Shown piece after piece: positions 56,948-64,000 of a stretch of 64,000 bases of DNA. The DNA is from a virus: the IMG/VR virus record IMGVR_UViG_3300005534_000001, positions 1-64,000 of that record; one strand, given 5' to 3'. Under the pieces are notes generated by a model, which was not told the DNA's origin, searched no databases, and saw only the letters and a program-made list of their open reading frames with translations. The translations under genes and the position numbers were made by a program. The stretch's first letter is position 1, and every line of letters begins with the position of its first letter.

Positions 56948-58969
56948 ATGAAAAAACTAATCTCGTTATTATTCCTGATTTCAACTCTGTCGTTTTGCCA
57001 GAGTTTTTCGACTGGGAGCATAACGGCTTCCGGTACGACATGTGCGACAACAAACGCTTGCATTGCTCTTCATCTCCCAATAAATACGGCCACGGTAGCA
57101 GTAACAATTACGGGTACATGGACAGGAACAATTCAATTCGAGGGAGCCGCAAACGATCCTTCGGTGACATTCGTTTCAGTCTCCGGCCAGCCGTTGCCAT
57201 CGGGTGTATTAGCTAGTTCGGCAACGGCAAATGGAACATGGATTTTTCCGGCAGGAGCACTTAGCGATTTTCATGTTAGGGAATCGGCGGCGATGACCGG
57301 AGCCGCCGTTGTTACTATCAATGCATCTCTTGGGGCTACTCCACAAGGGACAACGATTAGCGGCACAGTAAATCAAGGTGCAGCCAATGCTACTCCGTGG
57401 AATCAGAATATTTCACAGGTAGCAGGGCAGATTCTTGGAGCAATCGCAAATTATGGGACAACGCCGGGACCTGTTCTGGTGCCGGGGGTGAATGCATTTA
57501 TAACGAATGTGCCAGCAGTTTCCCAATCTGGTACATGGACAGTCCAACCTGGCAACACAGCGAACACAACGCCGTGGCTGTTTACCATTCAGCAGGGCGG
57601 CAATCCGGCAACGGTATCAGCGGGTGGTGCGCTCAAGGTGGACGGGAGCGCAGTCACGCAGCCGGTTAGCGGAACGGTCGCAACGTCAAATTTACCTAAC
57701 ACCGTCGATACTGGTACCGGAGCATCGGGAGCAAGCACAATTCGCGTTGCTCCTGGAACTGGGAACTTTACCGTTGTCCAGCCTACAGGCACCAATTTAC
57801 ACGTGGTGGCCGATACGGGCAGCACAATGACGGTAACCGGAAACGTGAGCACAGTTGGCACGGCTAGCAACAACGCAGGCGCACCAGCAGCAACAAGCAA
57901 TCTCGGCGTTCTTCCCGCAATCGCCAACGCGGCCAGCCCTTCTTGGACAGAAGGCAATCAGGTTCTCGCGAGCACCGATTTAACCGGCAGGCAGAGAGTA
58001 CGCGGCACAGCAACAAACAATAATGCGGCTCCTGGAGCGGACCAGATTGACATAATGCCGAACGTGGCCAATGCGGCCTCCCCGACTTGGGTAGAAGGCA
58101 ATTCAACAAAGGACAGCGTAGATCTCGCCGGGCGTAAGCGCACTTTTAACCCGGATCTCACGCCGGGAACCTGCACGATCACAGCTTCAGGTACAGCCAA
58201 CGGCTGCACAGTCACCATGAGCGGATACGCTGGTGCGGGATTCATTGTGACGGCAGGCGGGGCAGGAACGGCAACACTTGCGCCTTATATCGTTGGGCCT
58301 GATTGTTCCACAATTCGCACCACAGCAACGCAGATGATGGACGTTGCTAACGGAAGCGTAGTTTCCAGTGTTGCCAATCCGGCAACCGGCAAGGTGTATC
58401 AATTACTTGGGCCGCAAGCGGGAGATTGTAAAGTGGGAGTGTATGCCAGCGCATTTACGGCAAACATCACCATCCAATTGAGGGCAACCACGATACCGTT
58501 TGCTGGTCAAGGGTTTAATGTTAACGGTGGCACTTGGACACCGTGGCCTCTTTATACGAATGCGCCTTCGACCACTAACGGTCAACCGTTCTGGCAGAGC
58601 TATGTTGACCCTTGCGCGGCCCCCGGAGTTCTAAAGTCACACAAGTTCGCCAACATCACCACTTCAACTACAACGCAGATCATTGCTGTTTCCGGGTCCA
58701 CAAACATTTATATATGTGGGATTGACGTTCAGCTCAACTCAACCACCTCGAGCACTATCTTGTTTGAGCATGGCACCGGAGCGGCTTGCACTGGAACGGT
58801 ATCGGACACGGCAACCTATTCAAACGGCGGCCTTACTTCTGAAACTATTCACATGGGATTTGGAGCAGGAACTTATTACGCAACTGGAGCATCACAAGGC
58901 GTCTGTGCGGTGACTACCGTTGGCACTTCGCCAACAATTTCAGTGGACATCACGATGGTTCAGCAGTAG
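56948..58969 (+). CDS. Thr/Ala/Gly-rich fibre-like protein with predicted Sec signal peptide
   Basis: MKKLISLLFLISTLSFC|Q; LKVDGSAVTQPVSG fibre-like motif; internal ~48-aa duplication. Confidence 0.75.
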   Translation: MKKLISLLFLISTLSFCQSFSTGSITASGTTCATTNACIALHLPINTATVAVTITGTWTGTIQFEGAANDPSVTFVSVSGQPLPSGVLASSATANGTWIFPAGALSDFHVRESAAMTGAAVVTINASLGATPQGTTISGTVNQGAANATPWNQNISQVAGQILGAIANYGTTPGPVLVPGVNAFITNVPAVSQSGTWTVQPGNTANTTPWLFTIQQGGNPATVSAGGALKVDGSAVTQPVSGTVATSNLPNTVDTGTGASGASTIRVAPGTGNFTVVQPTGTNLHVVADTGSTMTVTGNVSTVGTASNNAGAPAATSNLGVLPAIANAASPSWTEGNQVLASTDLTGRQRVRGTATNNNAAPGADQIDIMPNVANAASPTWVEGNSTKDSVDLAGRKRTFNPDLTPGTCTITASGTANGCTVTMSGYAGAGFIVTAGGAGTATLAPYIVGPDCSTIRTTATQMMDVANGSVVSSVANPATGKVYQLLGPQAGDCKVGVYASAFTANITIQLRATTIPFAGQGFNVNGGTWTPWPLYTNAPSTTNGQPFWQSYVDPCAAPGVLKSHKFANITTSTTTQIIAVSGSTNIYICGIDVQLNSTTSSTILFEHGTGAACTGTVSDTATYSNGGLTSETIHMGFGAGTYYATGASQGVCAVTTVGTSPTISVDITMVQQ

Positions 58970-58981
58970 CCATATTCAGCA

Positions 58982-61141
58982 ATGATAATTAAATTGATCT
59001 CAGCATGTACCATCCTGTGCTCTTCTATTTTCGGACAGAGCATCAATTCCTCATCCCAACCGGGCGCAACCGCTGATGTTCAAATCAGCAATGCAATTGC
59101 CGCACTCGCTGGCAATGGAACCGTGGTCGCTGATTACCTCACAGTTCAGACCTTTGCAGCCTGTCCATTGTGGGGAAGCAACAAGATCATTCTTGAACTT
59201 CGTCCTGTTCAGTTCAATTTAAATTCAGCCTGCACTATTCCGATTAACGTTTCACTTAAGATGTGGAACGGTGCTCTTCTTGCTCCAGCAGCCAATATTA
59301 ATTTTTTCATAAATGGCAATGTGGATGCGCAACCTCAGCAGCGAATCGTAAACATCACCAATGGGAATGTGGTATTTCAGCACGTTCCAACGATCTGGTG
59401 GGACTGGTACGGAGCGGCAGACCTCGCTAATTCAGACGGCCCGATTCAGGCAGGCTTGAACGCGCTGGCATTGACAGGCGGGGCAGCAGCGCGGAAACCT
59501 CCATTCCTTTGTGTCCCAGGCGGGAACTATACGCTTCATTCGCGGCCATTGCATATTGCAACCGGCAACGTGATTTTTGGTGGACCTGGCAGCGGATCGG
59601 AGTCATGCGGATTTCGGGAGAATTGGGGATTCGGGCCAAGCCTCGTGATCGGACCAAGCCCAGCGCAAGGGTATTGCGGACAAGGTACGACCTGCACGGT
59701 ATCAGCTCCCTTGGTTGCTGGATTGACCACGAGCGGCGGGAATGCTCTCAACTTCGATGGCATTCATCCGTACTGGTTTAATTTGTCTCTCGACACCAAA
59801 GAGTTGAACGCTATGAATGGCCTCACGCAATTGACGTTAGAGGCATTCGTAAACACTAGCGCCGTGGCAACGGGCATGATCATGGGATCATCGGGCAGGT
59901 TCGCTCAATCCGATCCAGTTACCCAGGCATTCAGTCTGCTTCTTGTGGGATCGGTGCCAACCTGCAAAATCAACACGAGCAACGGGATGGTACAGGTCAA
60001 CGGCGGCAGTCTCACAGTAGGAACCACGGCGCATGTTGCCTGTTCGTGGGATGGCTCAACGGTTCGCCTATTCGTGGCTGGCGTAGAAACCGCCTCGGGA
60101 GCAGCAACCGGCACCCTACTGAAGAAAGATTCCGAGGATGTGACCATCGGACCAGCGTTGCAATCATGGCCGGATGCTGGAGTTCTGACCAACGCCTGCA
60201 AATGCACGATTGACAGCCCAAAGATAAGTAACATCGCGCTCTATACGAGTGATGCCGGGTTCACTCCTCCAACGGCGAAACTCGTAAAAGATGCCAACAC
60301 TTTAGCCCTTTTGAACTTTGCAAACTGCTTTGACGTGTTCTGCGACTTTCAGAGCAAAGATGCTAACGGGTTCCTGTTTTTTCGCAACGCCACATTTGCA
60401 GCCGCGCTGAACAATGTGCAACTTAAAGACCTCGTAATCAGCACAGGAACGGGGTTCGGAGGCGGTCTCTACTGGTACCAAACAAACCGATGGCAGCAGA
60501 ACAACTTGCACATTGCGTTGAACACTGGAGCAGCAGATTACTTCTGGAACAACTCGTTCATTGGCAGTGCGAGGACTCTATACATTGATGCTGGAGGGAC
60601 TGGCAATGGGCCTCTAGGCCATGATCTCATCGGCCTTGGGATGGTCGGTGCGGTCGGCGTGATTGAACTTGATGACGTGAATGTCACGGGCGGTCAATAC
60701 CAGATTGTGGGCAATGGTGGGAGCGGTCAATTCAATCGTCTTTACACTGCCCCAACTACAGAAACGTCCTTTTCAGTATTTGCCAAGGGAAGCGGAGGAT
60801 CTGAAACCTTTCAGTTTAACAATCTGGCTTGTGATGCCGAAGTATCGGGAGCGGGAGCAACCTTTCAGGCTTGCGCTTACATTTCGAACATGCGAACTGT
60901 TCAATTCATAGGCGGGGAACTGGAAGCAACTCAGCAATCTCCGCTTTGGGTGGATGGAGGAGAGTCAGTAACCGTTATCGGTTCTCGTTTTCTTCAGACG
61001 ATAAGCTATCCAGCGCAGATCGTGCATGTGGTTAATCCACCGACGCAAACGATACACATATTCAACGCGGTTCAGGCTGGAACACAATTCGGGCATACCC
61101 TGCCTTGGTGCGACAACATGACCGCTTGCTTGGTTCAGTAA
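58982..61141 (+). CDS. beta-helix + LamG-domain protein with predicted Sec signal peptide
   Basis: MIIKLISACTILCSSIFG|Q; WYGA...IQA.L...L.VP.G.Y; LTLEAFV...HVA.SWDG..VRLFV.G...ISN.A.Y....FTPP (LamG). Confidence 0.75.
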   Translation: MIIKLISACTILCSSIFGQSINSSSQPGATADVQISNAIAALAGNGTVVADYLTVQTFAACPLWGSNKIILELRPVQFNLNSACTIPINVSLKMWNGALLAPAANINFFINGNVDAQPQQRIVNITNGNVVFQHVPTIWWDWYGAADLANSDGPIQAGLNALALTGGAAARKPPFLCVPGGNYTLHSRPLHIATGNVIFGGPGSGSESCGFRENWGFGPSLVIGPSPAQGYCGQGTTCTVSAPLVAGLTTSGGNALNFDGIHPYWFNLSLDTKELNAMNGLTQLTLEAFVNTSAVATGMIMGSSGRFAQSDPVTQAFSLLLVGSVPTCKINTSNGMVQVNGGSLTVGTTAHVACSWDGSTVRLFVAGVETASGAATGTLLKKDSEDVTIGPALQSWPDAGVLTNACKCTIDSPKISNIALYTSDAGFTPPTAKLVKDANTLALLNFANCFDVFCDFQSKDANGFLFFRNATFAAALNNVQLKDLVISTGTGFGGGLYWYQTNRWQQNNLHIALNTGAADYFWNNSFIGSARTLYIDAGGTGNGPLGHDLIGLGMVGAVGVIELDDVNVTGGQYQIVGNGGSGQFNRLYTAPTTETSFSVFAKGSGGSETFQFNNLACDAEVSGAGATFQACAYISNMRTVQFIGGELEATQQSPLWVDGGESVTVIGSRFLQTISYPAQIVHVVNPPTQTIHIFNAVQAGTQFGHTLPWCDNMTACLVQ

Positions 61142-61232
61142 CTCCAAAACAAATTAATCAGGACTTATAAATCACGCCCATTGGTCGGCATTTTAATAGG
61201 CCAAGAATTAATCAGCTTAAAGGAGCGATATT

Positions 61233-62216
61233 ATGAATGAAATTACCATTGTTTCTTCCACGGATACACAAGCCGAAGTAAACGCAGCTCTGGGAATTGA
61301 AGAGCCCAAAGCGACTGAAGTAAAAGAAGAACCCAAACCAGAAGTCAAAGAAACTCCAGCAGTTGAGAAGCCTGCAAAAGAATCCAAGGCTGCCAACGAA
61401 ACAGAAGAAGAAAGAGCAGAAGCCGAGAAAGACAAAGGCAAAGGCGGCTGGCAGCGCCGTATCGACAAACTGACCAGAGAAAAATACGAACTTCTTGAAG
61501 AGAATCGCAATCTTCGCGCTGGCAAGGAACGCTTGGGGGCTGTGCCCGCTGTGGCGACCGAGGAAGAGCCAAAGAAACCAGTAGTCGAAGATGATCCACA
61601 GCCCAAGAAGGAAGCCTTCACCGATTATGAAGAGTACCTTGATGCGCGAGCAGCATGGAGAGCGCGGCAAGAGTTCAAGGCCCTGACAGAGAAACAATCC
61701 AAGGAGTCTGATCAAGCCGCAGAAAATCAGCGCATCCAGGAAACATTCGACAGTTACAACAAGAGATTCGAGCAAGCCAAATCCGACATCCCTGATCTTG
61801 AAGAGAAACTGCTTGAGGCAGCCCAAGCCGGTGTAAATATCCCGCAAGCAGCAATTATGGCCATCTATGAATTGGAGAATGGCCCAGAAGTTTCTTACTA
61901 CATCGCTACCAATTCAGATGTAGCAGAAAAACTCAACAAGATGACCACTCTCCGCGCAGTGGCCGAAATTGGCCGCATTGCCTATACCTTGCAGAATAAT
62001 CCAAAGGAAGAGACCAAAGCGGAACCAAAGCCGAAGGCCGAAGAGCCTAAGCCTGCAAAAGTTGAAGCCCCAAAGACAAAGGCCGCGAGTCCTCCACCTG
62101 AGCCTATAGCTCCAGTGGGCGGCTCCTCAACCAATGCGAGCGTCCCGGATTTCGACAAAATGAGCATGTCTGAATACACGGCATGGTACAAAAAGAATTA
62201 TCCAGGCGTCCGCTAA
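61233..62216 (+). CDS. capsid scaffolding protein
   Basis: Glu/Lys-rich helical protein; QRRIDKLT, ENGPEV.YY, PP.PI.PV, MSM.EY; directly before coat gene. Confidence 0.85.
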   Translation: MNEITIVSSTDTQAEVNAALGIEEPKATEVKEEPKPEVKETPAVEKPAKESKAANETEEERAEAEKDKGKGGWQRRIDKLTREKYELLEENRNLRAGKERLGAVPAVATEEEPKKPVVEDDPQPKKEAFTDYEEYLDARAAWRARQEFKALTEKQSKESDQAAENQRIQETFDSYNKRFEQAKSDIPDLEEKLLEAAQAGVNIPQAAIMAIYELENGPEVSYYIATNSDVAEKLNKMTTLRAVAEIGRIAYTLQNNPKEETKAEPKPKAEEPKPAKVEAPKTKAASPPPEPIAPVGGSSTNASVPDFDKMSMSEYTAWYKKNYPGVR

Positions 62217-62232
62217 ATTCAGGAGAATTTAA

Positions 62233-63435
62233 GTGAACACCCTTTTAACTTCCAGTATCATCACCAAAGAAGCCGTACGGGTGCTTGAGAACAATCTTAC
62301 TCTGACCAAGCACATCAACCGCGACTACGATGATCAATTCGCCAAAAAGGGCGCAGTCATCGGCAATACCATCAACGTACGCAAACCGCCCCGTTACATC
62401 GGTACCACTGGATCTGCGCTCTCAATTGAAGATGCGACCGAGACCAGCGTACCGTTGACACTCACCACTCAATTCCACGTGGACATCGCCTTCACCACGG
62501 TCGATTTGACCTTGAGCATCAACGATTTCAGCCGCCAATTCATCAAGCCTGCCATCGCGGCCATTGCCAACAAGGTAGACTTTGATGCCTCGTTGCTCTA
62601 CCAGACGGTTTACAACACCATCGGCACTCCGGGAACTACGCCCAACGCACTGCTGACTTATCTTCAGGCACAGCAGCGCTTGAACGAAGAAGCGGCTCCT
62701 TTGGATGAGCGCAGCCTGTGCATGACTCCTGCCATGAATGCTGCCATCGTGGACTCTCTCAAGGGATTGTTTCAGTCCTCTGAAAAAATCCGCGAACAGT
62801 ACGAAAAGGGCATGATCGGGATGTCCATTGGTCTTGAATGGTACATGGATCAGAACCTGCGCACCCATAAGATTGGGCCTCTTGGCGGTACACCTCTGGT
62901 AAGCGGTGCCGGACAGACAGGTACCTCTTTGCTGACCTCTGGATGGACGGCTGCTGCGGCTTCCCGGCTCAAAAAGGGCGATGTATTCACGATTGCCAAT
63001 GTGAATGCGGTGAACCCTCAGAATCGGCAATCCACTGGCTCACTTCGCCAGTTTGTCGCGACGGCTGATTTCTCTTCGGCTGCGGATGGAACGGGAACCA
63101 TTTCTATCTCGCCCGCTCTGACCGTTGCTGGCCCCTTCCAGACCGTGGATGCACTTCCGGCCAATGCCGCTGCAATCACTGTCTTTGGCGCGGCCAATAC
63201 CCAAACTCCTCAAGGTCTCGTGTTCCATCGGGACGCCTTCACGATGGGCGTTGCCGATCTCATGATGCCCCAGGGAGTCGATATGAACAACAGGGTATCG
63301 GACAAGCAACTTGGATTGAGCCTTCGCCTTGTCCGCGCCTACGACATCAACACGGACCGCCTGCCATGCCGCACAGACATCCTGTACGGTTTCGCGCCGA
63401 TTTACCCGGAACTTTGCTGTAGGATAGCGGGATAG
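62233..63435 (+). CDS. P22-like major capsid protein
   Basis: NTLLT...IT.EA..VLEN.L, R.YD..FA..GA.IG.T.NVR.P, WYMDQN, FHRDAFT, R.DILYG...YPE. Confidence 0.93.
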   Translation: MNTLLTSSIITKEAVRVLENNLTLTKHINRDYDDQFAKKGAVIGNTINVRKPPRYIGTTGSALSIEDATETSVPLTLTTQFHVDIAFTTVDLTLSINDFSRQFIKPAIAAIANKVDFDASLLYQTVYNTIGTPGTTPNALLTYLQAQQRLNEEAAPLDERSLCMTPAMNAAIVDSLKGLFQSSEKIREQYEKGMIGMSIGLEWYMDQNLRTHKIGPLGGTPLVSGAGQTGTSLLTSGWTAAAASRLKKGDVFTIANVNAVNPQNRQSTGSLRQFVATADFSSAADGTGTISISPALTVAGPFQTVDALPANAAAITVFGAANTQTPQGLVFHRDAFTMGVADLMMPQGVDMNNRVSDKQLGLSLRLVRAYDINTDRLPCRTDILYGFAPIYPELCCRIAG

Positions 63436-63453
63436 CTAGATAACCACCATCCA

Positions 63454-63483
63454 AAGAGGGGTGCGCAATCGCCCCTCTTATTC
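63454..63483 (+). terminator. hairpin / terminator after the coat gene
   Basis: AAGAGGGG/CCCCTCTT stem. Confidence 0.6.
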
Positions 63484-63505
63484 ACACTTCAGGAGAACAA
63501 AGTTT

Positions 63506-64000
63506 ATGAAACACGTGAAAGCAATCATTCTTTTCTGTCTACTGGTGGTTTTGGCGGGAACTGGATTTGGTCAGGCCACTCTGCAATCAACAACCGTTTC
63601 GGCTGCTGTAGGATTGAACGATCAGTCAATCGTCGTTGCCTCAGCCACTGGTTTTGTCGCTCCGAACAATGGAGCAATTGCCAGCATCGTATTCATTGAC
63701 CAAGAAGCACTGGGAGTCCAGTCAATTTCCGGCACTACCATTGGCGTCATTCGTGGATATGGTGGAACCCGATCTACTGCTCACGCTTCAGGCACGACAA
63801 CCTATATTGGGCCGCCTAATTACTACGTGTCGTTTCCACAAGCTGGAGCCTGCACAGCAGCCAATCAGGTAGTTTTGCCGACAATCAATATCACCAGCGG
63901 ATTGCAGTACAACTGCCTTGGCGGTGTGTGGGTAGCAATCAATCCGTTGCCTACCAAGTTGTTTTTCCCTGCCGGAACTGCTTCGGTGACCTCATTCAAT
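63506..64000 (+). CDS. decoration-protein-like ORF with predicted Sec signal peptide, runs off the window end
   Basis: Not in ORF track. AGGAG RBS; MKHVKAIILFCLLVVLAGTGFG|QATLQSTTVSAA...IDQE...V.RGY.GT...AH.SG. Confidence 0.8.
   Translation, partial: MKHVKAIILFCLLVVLAGTGFGQATLQSTTVSAAVGLNDQSIVVASATGFVAPNNGAIASIVFIDQEALGVQSISGTTIGVIRGYGGTRSTAHASGTTTYIGPPNYYVSFPQAGACTAANQVVLPTINITSGLQYNCLGGVWVAINPLPTKLFFPAGTASVTSFN

Noticed and set aside
1-64000. tRNA genes, CRISPR array, integrase/att site, DGR reverse transcriptase
   Set aside because: No cloverleaf with a T-loop GTTCRA in the intergenic gaps, no regularly spaced repeats, and no Tyr/Ser recombinase or RT motifs found by eye. A tRNAscan-SE run would be needed to exclude tRNAs fully.

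Overview
The whole window is part of a tailed dsDNA phage or prophage genome. About 1-35.7 kb is a mostly minus-strand early/replication arm of short ORFs driven by several sigma70-type (TTGACA) promoters, several apparently giving leaderless mRNAs. It encodes a DUF1376-type initiator with internal iterons, a probable helicase loader, DnaB, a YqaJ exonuclease, an SMC-like ATPase, a probable annealing protein, a MazG-like enzyme, a J-domain protein, a DUF5131 protein, two PAPS-reductase-family proteins, a C5-methyltransferase-like protein and HNH proteins. From about 36.5 kb the plus-strand late arm carries accessory and membrane genes (SET domain, lipoprotein, PAS domain, two-domain glycosidase, AAA ATPase), then TerS, TerL with a class-3 LAGLIDADG intein, a dual-specificity phosphatase, GroES, a P22-like portal, scaffold and P22-like coat protein. 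The best candidate for an undescribed system is at 41.1-42.5 kb. It is a 41-aa secreted Pro/Cys peptide gene missing from the ORF track, followed by a 7-TM membrane protein and a stand-alone FixL-like PAS protein among holin-like genes, i.e. a possible phage peptide-signalling module. Also notable are three head-region proteins with Sec signal peptides, two strongly structured noncoding regions, a parS-like site, and four point lesions (three different in-frame stops and one frameshift). An Acidobacteriota host is suspected, by inference only. No integrase, tRNA, CRISPR array or tail genes were seen. All family calls come from motif recognition, not database searches.
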